A stretch of 62,132 nt of DNA, filler included, from Choristocarpus tenellus KU-1152 (lineage: Eukaryota; Protista; Phaeophyceae), in NCBI GenBank assembly GCA_964200185.2. It is 11 parts of 11 records of this genome, joined end to end, with 100 filler letters (N's around TTAATTAATTAA, not from the genome) between each part and the next. Parts side by side here need not be neighbours in the genome. Positions count along the whole stretch, not along the records: positions 37,104 to 39,909 come from CAXNAD020024586.1; positions 40,010 to 45,616 come from CAXNAD020010267.1; positions 45,717 to 55,215 come from CAXNAD020003628.1; 8 more parts are not named here. The stretch is one strand, 5' to 3'. The notes below the pieces were generated by a model that had not been told where the DNA came from, did no database searches, and worked only from the letters and a program-made list of their open reading frames with translations. The position numbers and the translations under genes are program-made. Below are positions 39,458 through 53,741 of the stretch, in pieces; the stretch's first letter is position 1; each line of letters opens with the position of its first letter.

Positions 39458-40527
39458 TAAGGAATGATCCTTTCGGCTTGCGATGATAGTGTCCACTCTG
39501 GTTGCTGGGATACACTGTTGTCTTTTGGGTTGTATTTGGAACGCTGAAGATCGAGGAAGACAAGTTTATGCTGGCTCTCTTCTAAGTTCAAATGTTACAC
39601 ATAATCAATCCAATGATACATACATCGTATCCCTGGACCATGTTAACTCACCCAATAATATAATACACAATTTATTTCTTATTTCATTAGGGCTAACAAC
39701 GACATATATATAGTTTTCATTGGTTTCCCCCCTGATAGATCTGCAAAATGTCAGAGGGCATAATAATAAATATAATACACAACAATATGATTCAGGAGAG
39801 CCAGTACAAAATCTCAGTTCATCATTGTATTTAAGACGTAAGTGTGTGTCATGGAGTTTCTTGGCATGGTTCGGGGATGAAGGGGGGGGGGGAGAAGGGG
39901 GGAGGTAAANNNNNNNNNNNNNNNNNNNNNNNNNNNNNNNNNNNNNNNNNNNNTTAATTAATTAANNNNNNNNNNNNNNNNNNNNNNNNNNNNNNNNNNN
40001 NNNNNNNNNGGGGTTCACGCTCAATTCCACACGGACCACACTTCTTTCATCTCTTGGGGGCGAGTGTGCTGTCCTCATCAAGGCCCACTCGCCTTCCAAG
40101 TGTATGCAAATGAAGATGCGCATGCAGGACTATCTCGTCAGAGGGACGTGACAGAGTCACAGGCAGCAAGAGAGCCAGTGCTAATTAAAAAAAAAAAGGG
40201 TTTGAACTCGTGCGTCAGGATGATGATGCGCGCAAGACGTGCGGACAACCCCCTGCTTTGGTTTGCAATTTGTTGCTCGGGAGCAGTAGTGGTGAGAGTC
40301 CACGTCGCGCTCCTCCAGTGATTGTTTTTTACGGAGTAGTTGATATCCCTAACCCTATACAGACCGATATCCCTAACCCTATAGACCTGAAAGCGTGTGG
40401 CATTCACAAATTGTGCGTTACCCGTTATTTTTTCGCTGGTCTGGAGGGAGGTTAAGGGGTCGGTCCGTCGGCCGGCCCGGGGTATAACTAAAATGCGCCT
40501 ATGGCTAGTGTCTTGAATTTTGACAAT

Positions 40528-40796
40528 GAGTGGAAAGTATCTTAGAGGGTACGAGTTTTGCCCTGTTTGTCCATTTGGGGCTTGGCTTCCCTCGGTTTTT
40601 TTTTTTATGACATTTTCCCACTCCAAAATATTTTCGGAGTAGGTGAAATGCGTACGTCATGAAAAGGTGTGTCCGGAACAAGAATATCGACACTTTCTAA
40701 CAAACACGATAATAGCTAAAATTACATCGAAATTACAACATTGGATTTTGACCCCCAAATGGACGCGGCTCTACCCTCTAAAAGATACTTTGGCTC
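40528..40796 (-). mobile_element. MITE family A full copy
   Basis: TIRs present; AAT/AAT TSD. Confidence 0.88.
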
Positions 40797-40968
40797 AATT
40801 CAGTCTATTACACTCATTTGAAAAAAATAAAAAAATAAATATATATATATATTTATCTATCGAAGAGGAAGGCGGTGAAAACCTTTCGATTGATCCCTTT
40901 TTTTAAATATTTTTTTGAGCTCGTCGTTTTGATTGGTCGCTGCATGATTCGCTTTGACCTTCCTTTTG

Positions 40969-41076
40969 CGGTAATGTAGATCAGGGTCAGAGTCAGTCTC
41001 CTTGTGGTAATGTAGATCAGGGTCAGAGTCAGTCTCCTTGTGGTAATGTAGATCAGGGTCAGAGTTGATCTCCTTG
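40969..41076 (+). repeat. 36-bp tandem repeat x3
   Basis: tggtaatgtagatcagggtcagagtcagtctccttg units with no spacers. Confidence 0.9.
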
Positions 41077-42518
41077 TAGTGCTTGCTTGTTTTCTCCTGG
41101 TGAATGCCTTGCGATGCTCTGTGCTTCGATTCGATCTAGTTAGTGTGGTTAATGTATTTTTTTAATGTTATTATTAGTGAAGCGCCAGCGAGTAATCTCA
41201 GCGTGAGGCGTTGGTCTTGAAGCAGGGCCAGCCCAGGGCCGCCAGAGGTTTTGACAGTGCTGGACGGCCAGTGGGCCTTGGCCCATAAAATGTGTCTTAA
41301 CTGGAGTGTTCCAAGGGGGGCAACCATTTTTACGGGGCTGGTTTGGGTCTACCGCTTGGTCAGGCTGGGTTGTTTTGCCTGATATATATATTTTTTTTCT
41401 ATCTCGACCGTGCAAAATCTGAAGATATGAAATTTGAATTCAAAATGTCAAGATATGAAATTTGAAATTGTTGTGCCTTTTAACCTTGTTATTCTTCCAC
41501 GAAGATGCTGCAAGCACTACAGAACTATTGGTGTTTGGTTCTGACGATAGTATGCGTCTATGTCTCTTTGTTCCCCCATGGTCAACTTGTGGAAAACATC
41601 CGTGGGTATAAAAAATAAATAAATATATATATATATATATATGCTGCTGTCCAATGTGTATGTCTTGACACCTCGGGGAGTGAACGGGTTCGCTTGTGGT
41701 GTTTGTGCCTCAGATGGAGAGACGAGAGGCCTCAGAATTGAGTGTGTGAGGGGCCGTTGGTGTGGGCTTGGTGCTCAGGGGAGAGAGAGTCGGTGACAAA
41801 CGGTGGTGTCAGAGTGTTACGGTCTGGGTACCAAGTTACTCTTTGTCCTGCGGATATTGAGGTACTACTGCTTGTTCTTTACTTCTTGACCTCGTGGGTG
41901 GGGAGTGCTACAATAGTGGAAGGCTGAAGCTGCCGTACAAAAAGAGAATGCACTCATTTATGTAGAACAGTTGTGTGGAAGGATACTAGTTTGTATTTGT
42001 AGAAGGTGCGAGATGTGAGGCGGCGAGTGGTCGCACGAGATTGAAGGTGAGGTATGGGTGTGGAGCTGGTTGGACCCAGTAGGTGGAAAGCACCTGTGGG
42101 AGGTGTGTGTGTGGTTTGATGCAGGCGTATGTATGCAGGGAGACTGAGAGGGGGTATCTGAAATTTGGACGCAGGAGGTGTGGCACGGAGAGGAGTAGAG
42201 CGATAGGGAGGAGAGGAGAGGAGAGTCGACAGTTGTTTTTGTCATCGATTTGCAGGACTGGTTTATAGAGCTGGCTCAATGAGGTTTGAAATGATTTTTT
42301 TAAAATTAGTAACCCTCTACCCTAACCCTATCGTGATAAAAAAAAGAGTATGAAAGTTTTAGCTGTTGAAGTATTAATAGAGAGATAGACAGCAAGTCGG
42401 ACAGATGGATGGATGGATGGATGGACAGACGGGGTTGATTTTGCTTTGCTCAGTGTGTACGTTATCGGCGATTGGATTCCTGTTTTGCGCAATTCTGTGC
42501 TATGAAAACATAGAAACG

Positions 42519-42830
42519 CTAGTGGTACTATCCCTAGTGGTACTATGGTTGGTGGTACTATCCCCAATGGTACTATCCCTAATGGTACTATTCCTAGTGG
42601 TACTATGGCTGGTGGTACTGTCCCCAATGGTGCTATTCCTAATGGTACTATCCCTAATGGTACTATCCCCAATGGTACTATCCCTAATGGTACTATTCCT
42701 AGTGGTACTATCCCTATTGGTACTATCCCTAGAGGTACTGTTTCTCGTGGTACTATGACTGGTGGTACTATCCCCAATGGTACTATCCCTAATGGTACTA
42801 TCCCTGATGGTAATATCCCTAGAGGTACTA
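42519..42830 (+). repeat. 15-bp minisatellite (GGTACTATCCCTAAT-like), ~21 units
   Basis: Direct inspection; translates as GTIPN / VLSLM / IVPLG / DSTIR repeats. Confidence 0.92.
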
Positions 42831-44427
42831 AGTGTGGCTGTCACTGTTGCTGCAGGTAGCGGAGAAGATGAAGAGGGGGGAACTCGTGGAAGCCACAACT
42901 GTTCTGGTGAGTGAGTTGGGAGGGGCTGGAACAGGCCCTGGGGGATCGTAGGTACATTGAGCGACGGTTAGGGATTGAGTACGTTACTTCCAAGTGTCTG
43001 TAGGGTTATAACATGCTTGACCAGTATGCATGCAACCTGTCTTGGGGTTCTTGTAAGTGGGGAGGAGGGGTGGGGGCTGGGGGGTACTGTTGCTAGTAAG
43101 TCTGTGCAGTGTGCTGGTGTGATAATATCCAGCTCAAGTATGCTAGATGGTGGTGCTACTGCAACTGTTTGTTGTGGTACTTGTGGAGTTTTGTACTTCC
43201 ATTGTAGTACTTCAATGGTGGTACCTATTGCTGCAGGACTGTTGTGTTGATAGTAGTACCTCCAGAGTGGTTCCTTTACTTCACCCCTTTCTTCTGGTTG
43301 CTGTGTTCCTTGCACAGTTTATCATTATATGTTAAAAGAGTTGCTTGTACTGTAGTATCATTGTTTCGTAGTAGTACATGTATGGTGGTAGTGGTACAGC
43401 ACCTTAATTTGAATTTTGGGTACAATTTTACCTCCATGGTAGTATTTTGGTGTTGTGAACTGAAAGGTTACACGAGTGTATCTTAGTTCATTTGAAATAG
43501 TTTTTGATGTACTGCACTGTGATCAAGATGTATGTCAGTGCTGAGCAGATTTTTGTAGTAAGCGTATATGTGAGAAAATATAACTAATGGAGTACTACCA
43601 CTCTATCTTTGATGTTGATTTTTTTTAAATTGTAGCAATGTACACAGTGTATATTGTGCATTGCTTTAGTTCTCAACAGTTGAGTGTTGCATCCACTTTA
43701 GTATCTTCTTTCCAGCACATGCACAATAGCTTTAATTGATGCTTAGTAGTACTCTTTAGTTTGATGCTTAGTACTTTTTCAATGGATGATTTGTAGAACT
43801 TTTGTGTTTATATTGATGCTTTGTAGTACTTTTGCAGTCTGTATTGACAGTTATGATTTAGTTGTAAGAATGGCTATTGTCCAGTGAGAAAAAGAAGAGG
43901 GCAGGTGCATGAACAGAATTTTGTATAGCTCATGCTTACCAACAAGTTGTTTTTGTCAATAGGAATATTTCCCTTAGACTACAGCTATCCCTAAGCCCAG
44001 TTGTACTTGTGTATGCTTAGGGTTAGGGTTAGGGATATTAGACTACAGCTCTATCCCTGGCAATGATCGAACTTGTGTGTGTGTGTGTGTGTTTAGAGGT
44101 ATGCTTCACTCTCAGAAGATGGGCAACGGTTGGCCCCTCCATGATGATGATGCATGCGTTGCTGTTTTGATCAGCACAGTGATGAGCATAGTGTTCAGAA
44201 CAGGCTAACTGCTTGGGGGTTTGGTTTAGGTTTACCTCAGGAGTTAGGATTGATTTGATGGTGTGAATCCCTTGGCTGATTTGTGCCGTGGCGACAGCTG
44301 CCTAGTTTTTCCTTGAACTTGGTATGGCTTACAACGATATCATTAATGACTTCATGTATCCCTTTCTGTTCATTAACTCACACATTAAAGTCTTGTACTC
44401 TTTGCGACATACCCTGCTACTTCTTAG

Positions 44428-45143
44428 GCATTGCTAGAGATATTCTTGGCGATGAACCCAGGGAAGTATGTTCTGCTTGACGGCTTCCCCCGCTCCCTTG
44501 ATAACGCCAGGGACTGGTGTAGGCTATTTGGACCGCCAGAAGCATATATCCGGTGATGATTATATAGTGGCAGTGACTGTTTTTGTGGGGGGGGTGGGGG
44601 TGGGGGGGGGCTAGGGGATGGAGGTTGTGTGCTGTGGTATGGTGTGATACTAGGGGAGGGAGAAATTGAAAGGGTTTGTGATTCAGGTTCTGTCAGAGGG
44701 GAGGATGGTAAGTAAGCAGAGGAGGGAGGTTTCGTTCTAATTTTTTTTCTGATTTATGGCAGTAGTTATTTTCTTCCTTGTGTACAGGAGTGGGACAGAA
44801 TCCCCCTTGAGAATAGAATGGATTCAATTACCTTTTTATTTATGGTCTATACCGGCTGCAGTACATTTGATCGTCATTCCTTCCAATGACACACACACAC
44901 ACACATACATGTACACATATACATGTACACATATACATACACATGTACATATAGACACATAGACACATGCGCGCGCACACACACACAAACCAAATAGTTT
45001 TTTGCTTTTGATTTTAGGTTAGATGTGCCGGATGAGGAGATGTTGAAGCGAATTGTTGAACGGGGAAGGAAGTCTGGGAGGTCGGATGACACGGCGGAAG
45101 CTGCCCGGGTTCGCATTGCCACTTACCATCGGCAATGTGCTGG
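44428..45143 (+). CDS. Adenylate kinase / UMP-CMP kinase family protein, internal exons 44428-44552 and 45018-45143
   Basis: YVLLDGFPRS motif, then LDVPDEEMLKRIVERGRKSGRSDD (short-LID NMP kinase); AG/GT boundaries with matching phase. Confidence 0.82.
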
Positions 45144-45716
45144 GTAAGAGAGGTATCACGAAGTTTTGTTTGGGGAGGGGGGGAGGGGGAGGGGGGAAGG
45201 GGGGAGGAGGTGTCAAGTTTTGTGCTTGAGTGCTTGTGTGAGAGTGTTTGGTAGATTGGCATTGTGAGGAGATTGTTCAGGTAAGGGAAACAGTAGAAAT
45301 GTGCTTGGAGGTAGTGAGAGAGTTGTTGGAGCTATTTTGTAGTGGAGGTCTAGAAACAGTACGCAGGTCAAGGGAGAATTGTATCTGGAATAGTTAAGCT
45401 TGGGAGTATGGGTAGGGGTAGAGCGGCCTCCACACTAGCTGTTCAGTTGCTCAACAACTGGGTAGGTAACAAATATTAATATGTGAGGGATGAAAGGGGA
45501 ATCCGATTTGGGCATCGATTCACCTATTTGTAGGGGGAGTGGGGGCGGGGGGGGTGGGGTAGGGACATCATGTAGTTGGTGAGAATGAACAGTTTGTGAT
45601 AGAGGAGCGGTTGGAGNNNNNNNNNNNNNNNNNNNNNNNNNNNNNNNNNNNNNNNNNNNNTTAATTAATTAANNNNNNNNNNNNNNNNNNNNNNNNNNNN
45701 NNNNNNNNNNNNNNNN

Positions 45717-45743
45717 CCCCCTCCCCCCCAGATACTTTGACCC
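45717..45743. mobile_element. MITE family B end at contig break
   Basis: cccccAGATACTTTGACCC. Confidence 0.7.
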
Positions 45744-47399
45744 TGTGGTCTATCAACAAAAGCAACCCACGCTTGTGGGTACTACCTATGAGAAACATAA
45801 TAGTGAGTGCCAATGGATGCAATATCCCTACTACACCAAGCTCTGAATATATCACATGCCTTCTCTCACTGTGATAGGAATTTGTTTACTGCCTCTCTCA
45901 TGCATATAATCCCACCACCTTACTATATTGTCTATTTTGCAATCCCCTGGTCTCATAGTATTGCCACAGAATTTTGTTATACCGAGGCTATTCTAATATT
46001 TTCAGCATGACACATAATGTAGAGTACATTGTAATTTAGTTGTAGTCAACAAAATAGTCAATTTCTTGCTACAGGGAACACCCAATCCAGGTATATAACA
46101 CAAGCGCCCCCTTCCTTGCTTTGTCCCCCTGTCACATTACAGTATGCTCTTGCTGGAGCCAAAGCTGTTCCATCAAAGGACCTGATGTTGCCCCCATTCA
46201 ACTCAGGGGATCAGACTCAAGCCAATATCAAGATCTTCCGTAGTACAGCAGTTCGGGTTATTAAGTAACCTGGATTACTTACAACACTCTTTCTTCCCTT
46301 GTTGGCTGGTAGGGGATGCCTTCAAGAAAGTGTATGTTTGAATATGTTCCACTTTTGCAGGGTTTTCCAGGTGTCCTGACAAGGATATAGTATGTGTGCA
46401 TTCATGTTCTGTATAATACACATATGACGTTGATGCGAGATCTCGATATGGGGTACCTTCTACATCACTACCTCTGTCAAATACACCAATAGGAACAATT
46501 CTATTTTCAAGTGGGCGAGAGCCTCAAAGCTCGACCTCAGGTCAACTGTGTATCTATTTGTAAGAATATAATACTCCGGAACTGTGTATTAACATCTACG
46601 TAAAACGATAATCAATATTTCAAGTTCAAAATATCAATCAATGGATGGAAAGCGTCTTGGTCACGAAGTATAATACTTTACAGCAAGAAGCAGCCTTGAA
46701 GCCTCAGGGATTAAACCAGAGGAGAGTAGAGAGAGAAACCATAAAAGAGATAACACCGCACTCATAGTAAGGGAGCACGGTACAATGAGCTCAAAGACCA
46801 CGTCCCAATACCCCCCAAACATGGAAACAGTCAATATACTAACTTTGCTCCATCAAGAGGAGATTGGATAGAGAGAAGTGGGAGGAGCCCACTAGCTTTT
46901 GAGAGAGGCTCTATGGAGCAGAAGAACGACTTTGAATCGGACTTAGGAAAAGGTCTACAATTTTGTACTAGCACATGTTATAGGATAGGCTGGCAGTCCC
47001 TGCAAATCTCAAACTCCTACCAAACTATATTTGTATTTGAAAAGGGAAATATAACAAGCGGTAAGAGTGTGACACTTTGACAGACTTACCAAATACTTAT
47101 CTCTCTGTTGTAAATTGATAGCAGATATTTCAATTTATATAGGTAGAGCAACCACTTCGAAGTATGTACATCGTGCAGATCACGTGATAGGTATGAGACT
47201 TGACTCAAGTCACAGGTACAGGTAGGTTGTTTAAGGCTCGTGTGTTGCTCCTGAATCCAAACACCATTTCTCATTCCTAGATACACCAGCCGATTCTTGT
47301 CAACCACCGGGCCCCTCCTGGTTCCGAGCTGTGTTTAGTTGAGCTGGTGTCCTCCACCTTCGGTCTTGGTCATTCATTTCCTGAGTGGGCAATACCGTC

Positions 47400-48050
47400 A
47401 CCCCCCCATTGCAGCACATCAACATCCAGTAGCCCATACCACCGCAAAGAGACCACATTTCCCATCATATGTGCAGCAGGGACGTTTGTGCAATTTTGAA
47501 CAACTGCTGCATTTTTTACCTTCCGCATTGGTGTTGCAGTCACTACTCTTGTGCTGTTGACGATGACCTTGCTGGCTCAAGAATAGAGCCTGCCTCAACT
47601 CTACCCGGTCCTCTCGCCCCTCTGTAAGGCTAAGTATCTGGCTGGTCCTTAGCAGCGTCCTGGATTAGCTCAAAGTATCTGGGCGGAGGTGGCGACTGTC
47701 CATTCGGGGCTCATTTTTCTATGTCACGATTTTTGTGTGATTTGGTTGCATGCGTCGGATGGATAATGTAAGTGCACTTTTTCTGGTCAAGCAGGGTCCG
47801 AATGGACACCTTGGTGTAGATCACCCCCCCCCCCCCCCAGATACTTCGAGCCATTGCCTCTCTCGTCCGCCCACCCTTTTCATGCTGCCGTAGGTACTGC
47901 TTGGTGATCTTGTAATCGCCCTCCAAGCGGTCTAGCACAACGACTTTAACCGTCTGCTCAGACATCTCAGAGCTTATTAACTCCAGCGTATGAGCCCATT
48001 CTACCAGCTTGACAAGGGTTTCTTGCAGGTCGCTACCCTGCCGCATTCAT
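47400..48050 (-). pseudogene. Copia-type gag remnant interrupted by a MITE
   Basis: MRQGSDLQETLVKLVEWAHTL...VVLDRLEGDY (UBN2-like); removing the MITE and one TSD restores TREAIQDAAKD. Confidence 0.6.
47667..47852 (-). mobile_element. MITE family B full copy
   Basis: AGCTCAAAGTATCT...AGATACTTCGAGCC; ATT/ATT TSD. Confidence 0.88.
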
Positions 48051-48649
48051 AAAGTTAACACTTTTCTCTGAAGTCCTGCAACTTCCTCATCCGACCTCAC
48101 CAGAAAATGCGGCACTGGTTGTGCCTGGGGTCCTGATGGTGATACAGCATTTCTCACATTGTTTTGTACAGTCGGTTAATACATAGACTACTCATCTTTT
48201 GTGTACTTGATACGATACAATATTACCAGCTCAAACTAACTGTTCATTCACACATCGGTACCAGTCGTTAATCACATTACATCAGATTACATCACATCAT
48301 TAGCACTTCATCGTAGCATCATCAATTGCTGTTAAAACATCATGGTGCATGGGAGGTATGGAACAGTCGACATCTGTCAAACATACATAGTATGTGCCAT
48401 ATGAATTGTCCCAGATATTGGTTCAAGTTTTTTCTTTGTTCTTCTTTTGATCTTCACATCAGAGCCATCAGTTCCATCTCATATGTTGATTATTCTTTTT
48501 CTGGCTTTGCCCCTTCTGAGACATCAAGCTCATTCTGCAGTAAGTGTACCTCTATACAACAGGATGTAATATATATGAGTTAAAACATCTTCATAAACCC
48601 TTCTTCACAACGTGCCAAGCTTCTACTCAGAGCATGTACTTCTTCCTTT

Positions 48650-49728
48650 CAACGTCTCCAGGAATACCCACAACCTTGCCAAATAATCTCTGACTATGTA
48701 CATCATGTCACTAGGTTCATCCACCAAAATTCACATATGCTTCATTGCACTATGAGACCCCTTCACCACAACCAACCTTCCACAGTACAAGGGCACGATC
48801 CATTCAATCCCAGGTTTCCACAGGTTATGAGCCTCAATACATGAACGACATGTACAGCCTGGTCTTGTCCTACCAGCACCCTGCAACGCACACTGAAACC
48901 ACCCATGTTCTCCAGCGATGACTCCTCATGGAACACCTTTAAATTAACCTTGGTAGGAATCTTGAACTGCGTGGCACCTCGGGTCCATCGCATCCTGGTT
49001 CAGAGCAGGTCCCGCCCATTGGTCACCACAACCCTCTCCACCACTGTCACATCTATTTGTGAGTAATGCCACGACCAGATGTTCGGGGTAATCCTTTTCA
49101 CCTGCCACAGATTGACCCAAGACCTTCGACATGGACGACAGCAGCATGATGTCAACAACCTCAGTGATGGCCTCTCTGCTTGGCTTGCCCTGACCACCAA
49201 TTATGAGGCGGCCACTGAACAAGGGATGCTCGCTGTCCACTGCTGGTTGGAACAGTCCATGATGGAACCTGGCAAGGATCCTGACCAGTGGCTCCTTCAA
49301 CTCTATGTGGCTCCTTCAACTCTACTGGGCCAAGACTGATCCCGAAAGGATTTGGTAGGGCCATCAGCAACTCCTGCCTACAGGCGCCCTTCCTCTCTGA
49401 ACAACATTCTCCCCAGCCAAGTTCGCTTCCACTATGCCCAAGTCCGTCCTTGCCACCACTGCCACCAGCCTGGTATTTAGCTGCGCCAATGCCCCCATTG
49501 CCACATCACCCCCACTCAACGTCCCAACCTTCCACATTCCAAACTCCACTGATATTCTGGCAGCGTCTCTAAGAATACCCACAACCTTATAACTAAATAA
49601 CCTCTGACTTATGCACATCACTAGGTTCATCGGACAGAAATCACCAGTGCTTCATTGCCCTATGTGACGCCCCTTCACCACAACCAACAAGTACAAGATC
49701 ATGATTAATTCAATCCTAGGTTTCAACA
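48650..49728 (+). mobile_element. Copia remnant: LTR-like direct repeats (~48650-48822, ~49562-49728), PBS-like GGTTATGAGCC and gag fragment
   Basis: Repeat pair ends in CCACA/CAACA; gag-like DGLSAWLALTTNYE...MEPGKDPDQWL in ORF 49079-49339; a third related segment lies at ~4195-4270. Confidence 0.6.
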
Positions 49729-50869
49729 CAGCCCGTACTCTCCATGAGAATGTCAAATGATCTCTTGGCCTTTGTAACATCCTCCACGCTTGATGGAGTT
49801 GTTACAACCACAATAACCAGAGCTTGGTCATTTACCTCTAGACCTGTGTCCAGGCTCCCTTTGGCCTGCAGATAGGACCTGATTGTGACAAACTAGTCGA
49901 ATAGTTGTCGACGGTCAGCTGTGGAAGCTTTGTGACATAAATAGCTGAGCCCATCCAGGCTGATTGTGGAGGTCAGTTGTCCCAAAGCTCCAATCTGACT
50001 ACGCCTCTCATTATCTAGAGATAAGGTCACTTGTGCGTGTTGAAGGGTCGGGAAGAATGGGACTCGTTTCTGAGGTTGGACAATCAAACAAGCGGATATC
50101 CCCGATTTTATTGGCAATCGTTATTTTCTTATTAGCAGATAAGTTGCTTTACTCAGTGTGTGCGATGGGGGGTGCATGTCGGCGCAGCTGTATTTGATCC
50201 ACGGTGGCGTTTTTGATATTGTTTGTATAATATCCTTGTAGAGTGGAATTGAATACGTAGGGTAGGGCATTGGAGGGAGATTGACTTTGAACGTTGATTT
50301 AATACGTCTGTCCAGCCATCCAATGGTTTGCAGATGCTTTTCTTGGGAAGGTGTACTATACATACGGATGAATACATCGTAATGAGTGTAATTTACGAAA
50401 GTTACAGCACTATGTACATGTGACACTGGTATACTATGCAGGGGCGGTGTAGATGTGGTGCTTGCTGCACCATCACAGCTTCATCGAAATGGGCTCATCG
50501 AGGACAATTTTCTATACATATCTACATGTAACTACTCTTGAAGGCACATGGGAAGCACATATAGCAAGGACATCGCTCTGTCATCGTTCAGATACAAGTA
50601 TAAAGTGCAAACGACGACTGTTTTTTTATATAACATAGGTTTCTCTTATCATGATCCTTTGGTTTAAGAGAAAAAACTCTTATATAAATAAGAGAGGATC
50701 GGGATATAAGAAAGGGTTTTTCGCTTGTAATTACTGCAATGTATTTGATTTTTCCACCTTCTTTTTGAAGGCTTGTTGATTTGAACATCCATCAATTTTT
50801 TCAATTTTCCACTTAAAACTAATTCAACTCTTGGACCGCCTATAAAATTGAAGTACATAGTTTGAATAG

Positions 50870-52450
50870 TTGTCAACATAGTATCAGAGTTAGGTTAGAA
50901 ACAGGGAATGGAGGAATGGAGGGGAGAAAACCAGGTGATGTAGGATGTGAAGCATCCACATTATTGACCCTAGACGATTCTACGGAACAGGCATGGAATC
51001 TGAGGTGACTACTTGTACAGTAGTAGTTGAAGTTCCGCAAATGCTGTTTGGATCTGCAGTCCAGTTCGGCGCCCGGGCGCCATGGGATCTTGATGCATCC
51101 TTTCGTGTCCTCACTACAGAAAGATATTGTGTAGGCAAACGTTGAATGGTGTGGTGTCTCTCGCGCTCCTTAACCTAAATGAGATAGTGCTGTGGAATTA
51201 CATCCTTCGAACTTCATAATCTCCACACCGTCTTCCATCTTGCGCAGATAACAATATTAGAGAAACGCAACTCTGAGAAGGAAGTTCTGATCCAAGCATC
51301 TTCGTCGCTCGGGGGGAAGAGGAGGGCTCGCATAGTAGAAGCATCTAGGCAACATGAGGTACGAAGTCCAGCATTTTGTCGAACTCATGTGGATGTAGGT
51401 GACACTTTGTGGTCGCTTTGTGGGTGACTTATTTTCTTTCCGCATCGAACTATGAATGGTGTTTCCCACGTCAATTGACAGCAGCGTATGATATAGGAGG
51501 ACATCTGTTGGGTGCTTATGACGTTGTGAACGTTGCTTGCGGCCTGTTGGGGCCTGACTTGTTGACATCGACGAGGATGAGGATACTTTTCTACATTTTC
51601 ATCCTATGGTCAAGTGAAACTCCAAAGGGGATGGCCATTGTGATGTTTCCATGAAAAATGTCATGCAGAAATTTGGTACAGGAAGAAAAGGAAAGCAGAT
51701 GCACTACTTTGCAAGGGTGTCTTTTCTTGGATGCGTTCAATTTTTTATTTAAGGTGCAGCGCTTCCCACAGTGCCAGCTCGGTTCCATCTCAGGGAAGAA
51801 CCAGTATTTGGGAGCCCAAGGTACATAGAGTGAATAAACTTCTTGCGGGGATATGCCTGATATAATTTATGGTGTTGAGCAATCTTTCTTTGTATCTTTA
51901 CCTCAATGACATCTGCGTGTATGATGAAAACAGGGTGCAGATAATGCAATTGCCCTTTCTGTTACTGTTGTTGGACTAAACGATGTGAAGAACGTATCAA
52001 TCTACTGTTGCTCCCACAGGTGATTGCCGTAGACAATCCTAATTTTTTGAAGAAAAAATCAGAACACACAGAAAAGGCCTTGAGAGAGGAGGTGAGCAGA
52101 GACCACCATGGTCAGGACATAGTTTGCTTGGGTCATTGGTTCACAGATGTGCATTTGAAAGTTATTGCTTTTGCATCCGGCCTCTGTTCTCTTTTGTTGA
52201 ATAGAAAGAAGCATCTTCAATTTCACCTGGGAAAAGGGGGTGAGTGGGGGGTATGGGATGTGCATTTGTGTTGCTCTAAGCATACATACATTCCTACTAA
52301 TTATATCTCTGTGGAGGACCGATTTAGGGTTCAGCACATGACAGAAAATCTTGGGCATCATTGTGATATATCGATCCTACTTCAGTGCCTTGTATGTTGC
52401 CCATTACTCTACAATATGAGTGTCCGTTTCTGTCAATTTCTTTGAGTTGA
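50870..52450 (+). mobile_element. LTR end, tRNA-iMet-like PBS and decayed internal region
   Basis: tgtcaaCA followed by TAGTATCAGAGT (cf. TGGTATCAGAGC); downstream sequence has only broken frames. Confidence 0.4.
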
Positions 52451-53681
52451 CGTCTTGTCTCGTCATGAGCTTTTCATGTTCCAGCTACCCCTTCAATGAA
52501 AATCTTTCAGCTCAAAGTTAGCAGCATGAACTAGTGGCTGTTTTGGCCATGATGGAATGAAGTTTCTCTTATTGTTGTCTTGTCTTTAGGGTGCCCCAAC
52601 CCCAGCCCTAACCCTAGCCCCAACTAATGCCTTCCCCCCCACAGCTTGGGTAAGGCCACAGGTGTTTGTTCCTCCATGGCAAGTGCACAGCTCTTGTAGA
52701 ATCAATTTTTTGTTGACTCTAATTCTAGTTTGTACTGTGACGTGCTAACCTTCATCTGACTGATGGCATCCCCTCTTGATAATGGTGTTGGTATCTTGCT
52801 TGAGCAGGTACTGGGCAGTAGCAGTGAGGAAGCAGAGTGCCGCATCGTTGAGATTCCAAGAGGTGCATGGCATGCCTAGATGTTGCCATGTGGCGAACTA
52901 TCACATCTATTTATAACCTGAGTTTATACTTTTTTTGAAAATATAATTCGAATTATGTGTATATTTTCCCCCCATGTTTCAATAATTGAGAATTTATAAT
53001 AGGCAGGCTCTTCAAAAGTAAGAGCGTAGAACAGATCACATGGAAGCAGTGATAATGACCCCTGAACCACCCTTAGTACTTACCTTCTGTTTTCCCAATT
53101 AATGCAATATTAACTGTGACATCAAAGCAGCGAAGGGGTTGAGAATGGGGGGCCGATCCTCTTCCACAAATATTTCAGTTGGGAACCTGACTCATGAGGA
53201 CGCTGCTGTTATTGACATCAGTCAAGCAGATTCAGGGGAAGGAGCTAGAGAGGCAGGAATGCTCACAGAAGCAGATATTGAATTCATAGAAGAATGGGGA
53301 GAGCTATTGGATGGGGTGGGGGAGGGAGCAGGTGGTAACATGGGATCAGGGTCAGGATCTAGTATGGGGGTAGAAGCAGTGATCCCTGACATGAGCTTTC
53401 AAAATTTTCTGGGATCACTTCCTCCAGGAGTTGTACAGTGTCCAGGGTGCCCTCAGGTATGATATGACATTGCTGGACAGGGCTTTCCTTTGAAATTTGG
53501 CATGGTGACTGATTGACTTCTTTATCTTTTGTAGCCTCGTGTGTTTGTTCCCACTTCATGGTGGTGGCAGTCAACAATATGATCAATGAGATCAAGAGGT
53601 TGGATGTGGTACTGTCCATGAGTACTTCAGCCTCCTGTATTGCACAATGTTTTTATTTTCTTTAAAAAGCACTCTTGCACG

Positions 53682-53741
53682 TTTGAGATTGTTACCTTTG
53701 AGATTGTTACCTTTGAGATTGCTACCTTTGAGATTGTTACC
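53682..53741 (+). repeat. 15-bp tandem repeat (TTTGAGATTGTTACC) x4
   Basis: Direct inspection. Confidence 0.88.

Noticed and set aside
40969-41076. 36-bp repeats as a CRISPR array
   Set aside because: Units are directly adjacent with no spacers, there are no cas genes, and the context is eukaryotic
42545-42859. GTIP repeats as a leucine-rich-repeat protein
   Set aside because: The period is 5 aa rather than ~24 and the LxxLxL core is absent
50640-50880. AT-rich tract as a second bacterial or organellar insert
   Set aside because: No recognisable protein in any frame; it ends in CAACA plus a PBS-like motif, so it is better explained as an LTR
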